NCBI RefSeq assembly: GCF_016433145.1
Contig: NC_058134.1
Location: 68,937,232 to 69,001,231, forward strand
DNA length: 64,000 nt
Reading direction: 5' to 3'
From: Gracilinanus agilis
Taxonomy: Eukaryota
Position numbers and translations under genes: made by a program. Positions 25,291 to 38,242 of this stretch are shown here, piece after piece (positions within the stretch are counted from its first letter, which is position 1; each line of letters begins with the position of its first letter). The notes below the pieces were generated by a model. It was given only the letters and a program-made list of their open reading frames with translations. It was not told where the DNA came from and searched no databases.

Positions 25291-25589
25291 ATCCTGCTTT
25301 ATCATGTATCCTTGAAATAGCTAGCAATCTTCCTCTTATTTGGTGAGGAAGTATTAACATTTTATAGCTAGCTTAGGTTGATAGACACTCTAATTTGTTA
25401 ATATTTTATGGGGTTTTGTTAGAATACAGTTTTCTAAAATATTAATATGTAGTTAATTATAGTTTACAGTTTTAAAAGAACACTTGAAACTGATATTTTG
25501 GAAGTATTAATGGGTTTATTGTTAATGTTAATTTAATAATATAAATAGTACAAGTAATAATAATAATTGAATATATATGGGGGTTTTAG

Positions 25590-26250
25590 ATCCATTTAAT
25601 CATTTTAATTGCCTCTTTCTTGGCCTTCTTCAGTTACATTGTCTAATTTCTTTCTCGATGATGTCCATTATGAAATTTTGTTGTTCTTCCCAAAGAATAT
25701 TAGACAGATGTCTCTTAGGAACATTTTACAAAGATACCTAGGATACTTCTCTTGGATTGCTACTGAAAGCTGAGGGCCCATAATTCAGTGCATTTGGGGT
25801 TATTTCTCCAAAATTCATTACTCTATATTTCATAATGAAATTAATCTGCCACTTTTTGGTCCCCTCAGAAAGCATGCTAGCTTGTCTTGATTTCTAGCAA
25901 AATCCATAGTTAACATTTCTCTGTCCACTAACATCAGTGCCTATTGACTCTTTGCTCATATTTCCTGCTTCAAATCTGGTTCTTTTATCCAGTGATAAAA
26001 CAATCCCACCAGTCTTGGTGGTAGTAATTTTTTGAGCTTTCAGGGTGGAATTCAATCTAAAGTTTTTCTGTATACTGGAAGACCAGTGGGGAATGCTCCT
26101 TGCCCACATACTTATTAACCTGCATTCTAAAAGAGAAATCCATCATCATTTCCCCTTTTAGTAGGTTATTTTGTCTTCTCCCCACATAAAGCTTATGTTT
26201 ACCAGAGAGACGTTTAAAAAATCTCATTCTATCAGCTTGCCAGGTATGAA
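25590..26250 (-). mobile_element. CR1/L3 reverse-transcriptase C-terminal fossil
   Basis: Minus strand aagtggcagattaatttc...aataaccccaaat...tcagtagcaatccaagagaagtatcctagg...gaaggccaagaaagaggcaattaaaatgattaaatgg corresponds to CR1 motifs KWQM.F, KNP, QERDLG, RRATKMIKG. Confidence 0.75.
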
Positions 26251-26559
26251 AGTGAAACTCTACAGTCTACAAGCCTCAGGGTCTTGTCTGGAACCATTTT
26301 ATGACCTATTTCTTAATACTTAACTTTTTTTTTTCCTACTGCAATTTGGGTACCACATTTAATGTGGATGTAATGACTTCTTCCCTTAGCAGTGCTCCAA
26401 TTTGAACTTTTCCATCAATTAATAAATCAATGAGCATTTATCAAATGCCTCCTATCCTAGGCTGGTACTACATGTAGAGCTAAGGATTTGTGGACAAAAA
26501 GGAAACAGTCCTTGTCCTCAAGAAGCTATTTCTTGACTTAGCTCTTCTCAGTAATACAA

Positions 26560-26880
26560 AGATCCAAGACAAAACCAATGGACCCATGATGAAGATGCTA
26601 TCCACCTCCAAAGAAAGAAATGAGAGAATCTGAAGGCAGATTAAAGCAGACTATTTTGAATTTTTTTGTCTTTTTTTCCTTTTGGGGCTCTGTTTTCTTT
26701 CACAACATGACTAATATGGACATATGTTTTACATGATTACACACGTAACCTATATCAATTTGCTTGCTCTCTCAATGAGGGAGAGGGGCAGAAGGGAGGG
26801 AGAAAAATTAGAAATAAGCATTTTTAACATGAACATTAAAAATTGCTCTTACATGTAATTGGGGGAAAAGTAAAATAGAA
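26560..26880 (+). mobile_element. L1 3'UTR fragment
   Basis: atgctatccacctccaaagaaagaa...catgactaatatgga...tacatgtaattggggg, A-rich end. Confidence 0.8.
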
Positions 26881-27699
26881 AAAAGAGAAGCTAACCTTCT
26901 TTAGCAAGAGGACATTTTATAACCTTAAAAGGAAACTCTAGAGATATCTAAAGTACAAACTTCACCCTGTCTCTCTCTTCCTCAAGAAGCTTGTCTAGGA
27001 TAAAATACAAACTGCCTCATCTGGCATTTAAAACCAAATGTGGGCCAACCCTAATTAGACCTAGTCTAGCAGGTTCAAGGTTTAAAATACAATAAACACT
27101 TCTGGACCATAAAAACCAATTAAAAGCCACTTCACTAATGAAAAATTCAAAGAACATAGTCTAAAAGGATACAAAGGACATAAAATATTTCTTCCTCTAT
27201 AGTCATTAATTCAGGAAGATGCCCTGCAAATAATTGAGCTCAAAACTATCTCTGATGCCCCTTGTCCTCAGACTATGCCTCTAGAAATGGAGGGGACTAG
27301 AAAATGAACCCAGTATTTATCAGCACACACTCTGTGACTTCATAATGCAATCCTATAGAATTCCATTGCATTCTAGGAATCAAGGGATGAAGATAGTTGG
27401 TTGATTGCATGGACTCGCTTAAGGTACATTCAAAGGCCATTAATTAACCAACCAAAGTGAACTGGTCCTCATTTCTGTTTTCAAGTAAATAGGTAAGAAA
27501 TGGAGGGTTCTCAGGTTTGGGGCTATGCGATCCATTCGCCCATGGCCCTAGTGCTGCTTTTGTCTTTGTTATGTCTATTATTGCTAACTTCTAGGTGAAA
27601 ATTAAAGATGACTATGACCTTTTGGACTTCAAAAGGTTGAGAATGGGCTACCAAAACTCTGGGAGCATAGTTGGTGCTAAGATTTGCAGGAAGCTAGTG

Positions 27700-27901
27700 A
27701 GCTACCTGGCACAATCCAGCAGTTCAGAGTTGTGGACTCATTCATCCATTGGCTATGCAACATTTGGAAAGACCTGAGTTTAAATCTGAGCTCAGACACT
27801 TATCTGCTTTGTGATTCTGGAAAAGCCACTTAAACTGTTGTCTACCTCATTTTCCTCATCTGTAAAATGGGAGCAATAGAATCTACTTCCCAGAGATGTT
27901 G

Positions 27902-27948
<47 letters not shown>

Positions 27949-27990
27949 CACACAGTGCTTTGCAAACTTTAAAGTGCTATGTAAGTACTA
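27700..27990 (+). mobile_element. MIR with internal (TA)n at ~27906-27945
   Basis: ctcagacactta...cctcatctgtaaaatggg core. Confidence 0.8.
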
Positions 27991-29271
27991 ATCACTGTTA
28001 ATATTTTAAGTTTTAGAGAAGACACTTAAGTGCATTGATAGAGGAAATTTCCTTTTTGGGAAGACTCCTTAGACTACTAAAATCACAGGTCTAGCCTCCC
28101 CCAAATTGCTTTAACAAGAATAAAATCAATAATAAGGGGACAGAGCCAAGATGGCAAGTAGAAGTAGGGAAAGCTCGAACCACTATGAGAATCCTCTCTA
28201 ACCAACCTTAAAATAACACCTCAAAACAAATACTGGAGAGAAAGAACCAACAAGGAGACAAAGTGAAGCAACTTTCATGTAGAGAATCACTTGAAGGTAG
28301 ACAGAAAGGGTCTGGTTCATTGGAATGAAACGGGAGCACAACCCACAAGAGACTATACCAAGGAGTACTAGCACAAACCATCAGCAAGCCCTCCCACCCC
28401 ACGTCTACTGTTCCAGGTCCTAAACCTGGGCTCAAGCCAATGTTCAGACCCTGAGAACCTGACTAAGGCAATAGCAGTGCAACTCTATGCACACTCCACA
28501 AAGTTCCAAGCCCCAGTCTTGCAGTGAGGTCTAGCCTGCAGTGAGGTCTAGAATCCTAGAGCAAGCCAGTCTGCACAACACATCTGATCTATGTAATCCC
28601 AGAGTAAGACCAGGAACCCCAGCCCAAGCTTGTAGTGAGGACTTAAAGCCCAATATCAGGCAGGCTACTCCACATGCCTGGTCTGTGTAAGCCCAGGATG
28701 AGGCTCTGAGCCCCAGATCAAGACCGTCTGCATCACACTGGCCCCACACCAAGGCCCAGAGCTAGCTCCTACCAAAATTCAAGGCGAAGTTACAAACCCC
28801 AGGGCAAGGTAGTCTGCAATGTGCCTAACCTAATGAAGCCCAGAATGAGACCAAAAACCTCTGTCCAAGACTGAAGCTAGACTCTGAGCCCCAGAACAGT
28901 ATAAACCACAGTGCTCTGAGCTCTGCAGCCATCAACCATCTCAGGGAGTGAGTGACCATCTCAGCAGTGGGAGGTGACTTTCAGAGCTCCTGGCCTATAG
29001 GTCATTATGCCACCTTGGAAGAACTAATACTTCCAGAAACCTAGAAATAGAGCTATAAGTTTCATCAAAGAAAAACTGAACTATAAGAAAGTGCCCTCTC
29101 TACCCTGAGAATAAAGCCTTCCTTTAAGATAAAAGTGAAAGTCAAGAAAAAGGCTGGGAAAATGAATAAAAAAATTTTAAAACCCTACCTAACCATAGAA
29201 AAAAATTATGGCGACAAAGAAGAGCAAGGCACACACACAGAAGGGGATAGTGAAAGCAAAGCAAGCATATA

Positions 29272-29460
29272 GGGGGCAGCTGGGTGACTCGGTGGATTGA
29301 TAGCCAGGTCTATAGCTAGATTCAAATCTGACCTCAGACATTTCATAGCTTTGTGACCCTGGGCAAACCACTTGATCCCAATTGCCCAGCCCTTAGCACT
29401 CTTCTGCCTTGGAACCAATATACAGTACTGATTCCAAGATAAGAGTTTTAAAAAAAAGGA
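29272..29460 (+). mobile_element. SINE1_Mdo-type SINE
   Basis: gggggcagctgggtgactcggtgg head; tail ...gattccaagataagagtttta(n). Confidence 0.88.
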
Positions 29461-29927
29461 ATTATTAGACTTCTTGAAAGCCATGATTAAAAAAAAATAA
29501 AAGGCCTTGACATCATTAAACAAGAAATTATCAAAGAAAACTGCCCCAATATTCTTAAACAAGAGAGTAAAAATCCCCAATTAAAGATTAAATTGGATAT
29601 CCTAAAAATTAAAGGAGAAAATAAAATCGAAAGTAAGAGAACCATTGAACTAATAAACAAGATTAGGATTTGGTTTTATGAAAAAATAAAACAGATAAAA
29701 CATTGGCTAATTTCATTTTTAAAAAAGGAAAGAAAAATCAAATAATCAATATAAAAAATGAAAAGGGTGAATTCACCACCAACAAAGAGGAAATTAAAAT
29801 AATCGTTAGGAGCTATTTTGCTCAATTATATGCCAGTAAGTCTGACAATTTAAGTGAAATGGAAGAATAATTTAAAATTGCCCGAGTTAACAAAAGAGGA
29901 AATAGAATACTTAAATACTGTCTCAGG

Positions 29928-30127
29928 AGGGGGCAGCTGGGTAGCTCAGTGGAATGAGAGTCAGGCCTAGAGACAGGAGGTCCTAGGTTCAAATCTAGCC
30001 TCAGCCACTTCTCAGCTGTGTGACCCTGGGCAAGTCACTTGACCCCCATTGCCTACCCTTACCACTCTTCTGCCTTGGAGCCAATACACAGTATTGACTC
30101 CAAGACGGAAGGTAAGGGTTAAAAAAT
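29928..30127 (+). mobile_element. Young full-length SINE1_Mdo-type SINE with 14-bp TSD
   Basis: TSD aatactgtctcagg at 29914-29927 and 30128-30141. Confidence 0.95.
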
Positions 30128-33100
30128 AATACTGTCTCAGGGAAAGAAATTGAACAAAATATCAATGAACTCCCTAAAAAAAATCCCCAGGGCTAGATGA
30201 ATTCACTAGTGAATCCTATCAAACATTTAAAGAACAATTAATCCCAACACTATATAAATGATTTGAGAAAATAGGCAGAGAAGGAATCGTACCAAATTTT
30301 TTTATGACACAAATATGATACTGTTACCTGAGCCAGGAAGAATGAAAACAAAGAAAATTATAAGCCAACTTCATTAGTGAATATAGATGCAAAAATTTTA
30401 AATAAAATACTAGCAAGGAGTCTGTCACAAGGATCATTCACTATGACCAGATGAGATTTATACAAGGAATGTAGGGCTAGTTTAATATTAGGAAAATTAT
30501 CAGCATAATGGACCGTATCAATAAGCAAGCTAACAGAAATAAACATGATTTATGATTATTTCAATAGAGGCAGAAGAAGCCTTCAACAAAATACAACACC
30601 CATTCCTATTAAAAACACCAGAAAGCATAGGAATGGGTCATTCCTTAAAATGACAAGTAGCATCTATCTAAAACTATCAGCAAGTATCACCTGCAATGGG
30701 AATAAGTTAGAAGCATTCCCAATCTTATCAGTTTAGAAGGATGTCCATTATCACCACTATTATTTAATATTGTATTAGAAATGCTAGCTTTAGCAATAAG
30801 AAAAGAAAAAGAAACTGAAGGAATTAATATAGGCAATGAGGAAATAAACTATCACTCTTTGCAGCTGATATGATGGTATATTTAGAGAATCCTAGAGCAT
30901 CAATTAAAATACTAGTTGAAATAGTAAATAACTTTAGTAAAGTTCCAAGATACAAAATTAATCCATATAAATTATTGGCATTTCTATATATTACCAACAA
31001 AGTTCAGCAGCAAGAGATAGAAAGAGAAATTCCATTTAAAATAACTCTAGACAATATAAAATATCTAGGAATCTATTTGCCAAGAGAGATTCAGGAATTA
31101 TATAAACACAATTACAAAACACTTTTCACACAAATGAAGTCAGATCTAAATAACTGAAAAAAATTTATTGCTCATGGGTAGGCAAAACTAATAAAAATGA
31201 CAATTCTACCTAAGTTAATTTACTTATTTAGTGCCATACCAATCAAACTACCAACTAATTATAGAACTAGAAAAATAACAAAATTCACTTGAATGAACAA
31301 AAGGTTAATAATATCAAGGAATTAATGAAAAAAATGTGAAAGAAGGTGGCCTAGCAGTACCAGATTTCAAACTGTACTATAAAGTAGTAATCAACAAAAT
31401 AATCTGGTACTGACTAAGAAACAGAATGGTAAATCAACAGAATAGATTAGATATACAAGGGCAAATGACCTTAGCAACTTGGTGTTTGATAAATCCAAAG
31501 ACGCCAGCATTTGGAAGAACAACTTAGTGATTAACAAAAACTGCTGGGAAAATTGGAAAACAGTATGGCAGCAACTAGGAATAGATCCATATCTCACACC
31601 ATATACCAGGAGGATAAGGTCAAAATGGGTATATAATTTCGATAGAAAGAGAGATACCAAAACTAAATTAAGGGAACATAGAATAGTTTACCTGGCAGAT
31701 CTTTCGAAAAAGGAAGAATTTATGACCAAACAAGTGGCAGAGAGCATTATAAAATATAAAATGAATGATTTTGATTATATTTAAAAGCTTTTGTATGAAC
31801 AAAACCAATATAACCAAGATTCAAAAGGAAATAACAAACTAATAAAAATGTTTGTAACAAATTTCTCAGATAAATGTCTTATTTCTCAAAACTATAGAGA
31901 ACTAAGTCAAAATTTTAGGAATACAAGCCATTCCTCAATTGACAAATGGTCAAAGGATATGAACAAGTAATTTTTAGATGAATCAATCAAAGCTATCAAT
32001 AATCCTATGAATAAAAGATCTAAATCACTTTGATTAGAAAAATCCTAATTAAAACTTCACACTTATCAGATTGGCCAATATGACAGTAAAGGAAAGTGAT
32101 AAATGCTGGAGGGGATGTGACAAAATTGGGATACAAACGTATTGTTGGTGGAGTTGTGAACTGATCCAACCATTCTGGAGGGCAATTTTGAACTATGCCC
32201 AAAGGACTCTAAAACTGTGCCCTTTGATCCTATAATAAATAACACTACTGGGTCTGTATCCCAAAGACATCACTAAGAAAAAGAGGAAAGGACCTATTTG
32301 TACTTTTTGTGGTGGCAAAGAATTGGAAATTGTGGGGATGTCCATCAGTTGGGGAATGGCTGTACAAATTGTGGTATATGTTTGCTATAAGAAACAATAA
32401 GCAGTATGGTTTCAGAAAAAGCTGGAAAGATATGCATGAATTGTTGCAGAGTGAAATAAGCAGAACCAGGAAAACACTGTACACATTAACAGCAATATTG
32501 TATGATGATCAACTGTGAAAACTTGACTACTCTCAGCAATGCAATGATCTGGGACAGTTCTGAAAGACTTATGGCAGGGAATGCTATCCGTCTCCAGAGA
32601 AAGCATTGTTGGGAGTCAGATGCAGATCAAAGCATACTATCTTTCACATCATTGTATTTATAGTTTTATTTTGGGATTTTGGATTTGTATGAGTGTGCTC
32701 TTACAACAAATACTAATACAGAAGTGTGTTTTGCACAATAATAAAGAGAATAAATAAAGTCAAGGGTTCCTATGCAAATAATTTCCATTTTTACCCCAGC
32801 TCCAGTAGACGTTGGAGATTTTTTTATCTCCTTGTATTTGCATCTCTGGATCCAGTATCATGCTATGATGCTGGTCTGGTGTCAATGAAACCATTCCTAA
32901 ACTGATTGAAGAGTGGAAAATATAGAAGCATAAGCTCTTAAAAATTGAAAGGAGATTTAGAAGTAATCACATCCTAGGCCCTTGCTTTACAGATGGGGAA
33001 ACTAAGGTCCACAGAAAAAAAGATTTGATATAGACTAACTAGAATTAAAACCTAAACTCTCCATCCAGCTCTTTCCAATTGTTTTTTAAAGATTTTCTTT

Positions 33101-33129
33101 TTTGATGCCTTCTCTTTTTTTTACTAGTC

Positions 33130-33340
33130 ATCCATTGTTTTCTTTTCTTTTTTTACCTTTACCTTTTGTCTTAGAATTATTACTAAGCAACAGTGCCAAG
33201 GTAGAAGAGCAGTAAGAGCTAGGTAATTGGGATTGAGTGCTTGCCCAGGGTCTAGGAAGTATCTGGGGTGAAATTTGAACCAGGTCCTCCTGTCTCCAGG
33301 TCTGGCTCTCTGTCCATTTAAGCTACCTACCTGCCCCTCA
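33130..33340 (-). mobile_element. Older SINE1-like copy
   Basis: accttttgtcttagaat...ggcagaagag-like tail; head ...agctacctacctgcccc. Confidence 0.75.
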
Positions 33341-35869
33341 TCCATCATCTTCTAATGTCTTCACATAAAAGTCAGTGCAGAAGAAATGGCATTGATGGCA
33401 TTGATTGTATACAGTTGACATCATGACCTCATGTCATACAACTTACAAAAAGCAGCACTGCCATTAAGGGGACCAGAGTCCAGTTAACAAGCATTTATTA
33501 AGCACTTACAGAGTACCAGGAACTAGTTGAACCCATTCAGCCCAGAAAATGAGAAAGGAGAAAGAAAAAAGGGGCAGTTGCTATTCTCACCAGTGAGTGC
33601 TGTATCTTCTCTGAAGTCTGTGGCCCTGGTGAACCATCAGATGAAATTAATTCCAGAAGCTGAGACCCTGGACTTCAAGCTAGCTGCTACAGAGGCTACT
33701 TACTCAAGCAATGACAGTAGGATGGCAGCCAAACTGGCTGACCAGCTCTACGAGATAGAAAGAATTCCAATGCATTGCATGTTTCTGTGTTGTGGATTAA
33801 TGCTCCAACCACAATTGCAGTGCCCTATAAACTGGAAAATAGAAAAATTGTGCCCAGTTCAAATCAGCTCCAGGAACTTGAGATATATTCTGAAAAACTG
33901 CCAGGCTTAATGTGAGTCCAGGTACTCCTGAGCTCTAATTAAAGCCTGTATTTGCAGCCGGTATTCACCCAAACAAAGCTGAGTCAAACCGCGAGAAAAT
34001 CTGTTATTACTCAACTCTGTACATAGTTTTCATGCAAGTAAAATATTACATAAAATTATGAACTGCTAAATATAAGAGCAGAAATTGAATGCAGGCATCA
34101 GGTTCACATGCTACCTTTCTCTAACCTTCCAGGGGATGCCAAGTATGGGTCACAGCTGTAGGCAGATGGCATGTGCCTACAGAGATCAAAGGCTCCATAT
34201 ACTGTGTGTGAGTCTAAGGCAGAAGGCAAGCATCTCACCAGTCACCTTGTACTACTTGACACCAATGCTGTAAAAAATGGCTGATGGTGAGCCCAACTAT
34301 AGTTTTCTCTTTTTAAAGTTGTAGATAATATCAAGGAGAACGAGACTAGCTGATCTTCCATGTACACTCAAAACTTTCTATAAACTTAAAGGATACTTGC
34401 AGACATGCAGATTTTAAAAGAGAAAAGCTTTTTTGAGAAGCAAAAACTTCAAAAAGGGAAACCTGAGGTGTTTTTCCTCTCTAGAACAATAACAATTTCT
34501 TTATAGTTAAAGAAAAAAAGTCTTGCGGGGAGGAAATAATGAATCTATAACCATTCTATCTTTACTGGTACCCAACATCGTCTTTGCTTTTCTAAGAAGA
34601 TTTCTTTCAAATAAATCTCTCACAAGATTTCTAAAATATTTCTATTAAACTCTCCTTATGAGTGATTTCAAAAAATGCTTACTTCTTTCTTTTTGTTAGT
34701 TGCCTGTTTTGCTCTAAATCTGAGTTATGTGGATGTTTGTATTGGTTTTTGGGGGGTGGGGGGAAGTTCTTCTGGCATGTCCCAGTTTGCTTATGAAACT
34801 TGTAAGAAAAACAAGAATGCATATTTCAGAGCCTGACTCCAAACCCCAGACATGTATATACAGTACATGCAGTACATATGGTGGTTTGGCCAAGACAATA
34901 TTTATTTATTTATTCAATTCATAAAACGTTCAATTCGTGGCCTCTGGGTGCATAACAAAGCAATGACTAACACTCATTGATGTTTAGCAAAATAAAATAA
35001 AATGCAGGAAGCAAAATATACCCAGTTAAAATCTAACCAAAAAGCTGGGCTTAGCCTATATCCCAAATGTCAAAATATTCAAACTCTGAAAGAAAATCTC
35101 AGCTTCCAACAATAAGCCCTCAATTGGGCTTGGCCCTAAAAACAATTTTGAAGCAATTGAGATTTGCTTTTGGTGACTCCTACTGGTATGGCTGGATTTT
35201 TCACTGCCTTTCCCCCGCATCAGTGTCACATTCCCATGCTGTCCTTGGGCTCCTCTTGTAAAGAATCTAACGTACTAATTTACACTATGGTATTAGTGAT
35301 TTCTCTGTCATATGTGGCCAGCACCAGAGTCAATCTTAGAGTCACAATGCCTCCTCTCTCACCCTGACCACTCTTTCTTTAAGCTCATCATTCTAGATTT
35401 CATTCTAGAATATCTCCAACTATAGTTTACATATAACCTTGTGTCTGGGGCTCCAAAAAAATGCATACAAGGATGTCCAGCTCCTGAAAGTGCATTCAGA
35501 GAAATGATGCATATGAGGCATAAGATGACCTTTATTAAGACAACCCCCAAAACATGAAAAAAAAAACACAGAAAAGATTCAAAGTTGCCCATAAACAGTC
35601 CAATTTTCTATCCTCTCCATTGAGGCTGACCTTTTCCTTTTATGCATCTATATATCCCTCCAGATTAATGGCATCACATTGTGGTTGGAGCTTACTTCAG
35701 AAGAGAAATGAATGTGGCAACCCTCTGACATTCCATTGAGTCCCATTTTCACCCCAGGGGCACCTCCATTCTCAAGGTCTACCCTAAGACGATTGGGCTC
35801 CAACTCACAATTTTCCAGTTGTCTCCAATCATGGAGATTCAATTACTCATCCTCAACAAGATATGAGTT

Positions 35870-36110
35870 AACAAGTACCAGAGTGTGGGTCACTAGGATA
35901 AAGATCTACTTACTATTGATATTGCTAGGTCAAAGGATAAACAGTTTGGAGACTTCTGAGGCATATTCCAAATTGCTTTCCAGAATGGCTCTACTAGCTC
36001 ACAGTGCCACCAACAGTCTATCAGTGTGCCTCTTTACCTGCACCCCCTCCAGCATTGGTCAGGTTTCTTTCTTTTGTCATCTTTTCCAATCTTATAGGTG
36101 CTTTATCTCT
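35870..36110 (-). mobile_element. L1 ORF2 3' fragment
   Basis: gcatattccaaattgctttccagaatggc...ccaccaacag. Confidence 0.75.
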
Positions 36111-37525
36111 TTTTAAAAAGTCAGTCAACCAATATTTTTTGAGCATCTAACTATATGTAAGGGACTGCTTTGCCTCATCTTCCTTCTTTTCCTTCTCTTT
36201 CTCTTCTTTCTCCTTTTTCTTTCCTCCTTCTCCTCCTTTTTTCCCCTCCTCTTCTTCTTCGCCTATATATGCTTGATTCCTTCCAAGTCATGAAAGTACA
36301 TTGCTGTGGCATTTTTTGGGACTAAAGAGGTTCCAAAACATTGAACTCTATTTCTATTGCACATAAAAACAAGCTAGGCAGTAAATCCCTAAACCCAGGA
36401 AAAACATATTCCTAAATAAGTCTTAACTGATTGGATTGTTGAAGAATCAAGCTTTCCAGAAGACAAAAACGGGCATTCTAATGAGCAAAGACAGAGATAA
36501 TTATAAGGAGGTGACATCTGAAAGAAATTTTTGCAATATCTCTGCTAAATGCTACAGATTTGGGGGAGGTCAGAGACCATAAATCAGTCCCAAGACAAAA
36601 GCCTAAGGGCCAAACAGAAAAGAACTAATCCTAGCACCATAATGTTTTCCAGATATTTTCCTTGTCTACCAGCATCACTTTCATTGAACCAATTCATCTA
36701 GACAAGGTACATGTTAAAAAATACCACCCCTTTACATAAGAAAGGGAAATAGATTCACAATGTTTTCATGACAAAATTTCATATCTAGTGGAACAACTTC
36801 AAGCCTTGCCTCAATTTTTATTCTAATGAAACATAAAATATCTTGTGAATAACAGCTTCTAGAATGAGGCGCTAAGAAGAAAGGCTTGCCTGAGGATGGA
36901 TAAAGAGATAAATGGGGATGGAATGCTTTTAAATTTTGTTCTATTATATAATATGTAGAAGTGCCAATGCAAATTCTCTAAAAATATCATTTCAAGACTC
37001 CATAAGATTAGCTTCTGGTTGTTTTGAATCGGAGACAGCTTAATGTTGGGTGGAAAGAGGAATTAAAATGAAATCTGCTATCAGCCTATTTTGTCTGCAG
37101 GAGCTCCTGTTGGACTGGCCAAAACAAGCTAATTCAGCCCAGTTATATTTAGAATGAATATATTAGCTAGAGGCCTGTGGTGTCCATTTAAATGGCTAAA
37201 GACAAAAAAAAAAGCATTAACTCTTACACTTTCCTAAATGTATTTATATTGGGCTGCTTTGCCATTTTTATTCTAGTTGTTTATTCCAATGGGGGGCTCC
37301 TTGTATGGACATGGCAGACCCTCATTATGTAAGTTGGAAAGACATATTTTGTTTGTACTTTCTTTAGGGATAGGCTAGAAAGCAAGTGAAGAATGAATAC
37401 TAGTTTTGAATACTGTAAAAGATCAAGATTATCCATCCCTATCCATTAAAATTTAATTTCTAGATGAAGAAGTAACCCTATAATTTATGTAATTAAATTA
37501 ATTAAAGCAATGCAGCTTACTTTTT

Positions 37526-38038
37526 ACTAATTAATTAATTAATTAATTTGTTTTTAGTTGTTTTTTTTAATTTTTATTTTGAATATTTTCCCATAGTTAC
37601 ATATTTCATGTTCTTTCCCTCTCCCCCAAACTCCCCTAACCCCTCTTAGCTGACGCACAATTCCACTGAGTTTTTACATGTATCAAGACCTAATTCCACA
37701 TTATTGATAGTTGGACTAGAGATATAGTTTAGCATCTACATCCCCAGTAATATCCCCATCAGCCCATGTGTTCAAGCAGTTGTTTTTCTTCTGTGTTTCT
37801 CCTCCCACAGTTCTTCCTCTGAATGTGGCTAGTTTTCTTTCTCATAAGTCCCTTAGCCTTGCTCTGGATCCATTGCATTGCTGCTAGTAGAGAAGTACAT
37901 TATGTTTGATTGTACCACAGTGTATCTGTCTCTGTATACAGTGTTCCCCTGGTTCTGCTCCTTTCACTCTGCATCATTTCCTGGAGGTCATTCTAGTTCA
38001 CATGGAATTCCTCCAGTTCTTTATTCCTTTGAGCACAA
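37526..38038 (-). mobile_element. 5'-truncated L1 3'UTR
   Basis: T-rich tail, then ttttcccatagttacatatttcatg...ttattcctttgagcacaa; flanked by ttacttttt. Confidence 0.85.
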
Positions 38039-38047
38039 TTACTTTTT

Positions 38048-38242
38048 TTTCTTTTTCTTTTTTTTTTTACCCTTAACTTCTGTGTATTGTCTCATAGGTG
38101 GAAGATTGGTAAGGGTGGGCAATGGGGGTCAAGTGACTTGCCCAGGGTCACACAGCTGGGAAGTGTCTGAGGCCAGATTTGAACCTAGGACCTCCCGTCT
38201 CTAGGCCTGGCTCTCAATCCATTGAGCTACCCAGCTGCCCCC
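38048..38242 (-). mobile_element. Young SINE1_Mdo-type SINE
   Basis: Reverse complement of the gggggcagctgggtagctca head; poly-T tail; ttacttttt on both sides. Confidence 0.93.

Larger units (their letters stand above)
28136..32760 (+). mobile_element. Degenerate L1 (5'UTR, truncated ORF1, ORF2 from linker to end, 3'UTR) with two SINE insertions
   Basis: 5' gggacagagccaagatggc. ORF fragments [38 protein letters not shown] and DKSKDASIWKNNL..KNCWENWKTVWQQLGIDPYLTPY are L1 RT/C-terminal motifs. Many stops. Confidence 0.92.

Noticed and set aside
27344-27372. Inverted repeat aatgcaat...attgcatt
   Set aside because: An 8-bp stem is expected by chance in 64 kb and is too short for a pre-miRNA.
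30545-32518. L1 ORF2-like ORFs
   Set aside because: Genuine L1 homology, but fragmented by stops and frameshifts; not an active element or host gene.
33527-33910. 127-aa plus-strand ORF
   Set aside because: Begins at TTG beside an L2 tail, antisense to ODAD2, with no recognisable domain.
36967-36974. Octamer ATGCAAAT
   Set aside because: A single 8-mer is expected several times by chance; no snRNA PSE or other context.
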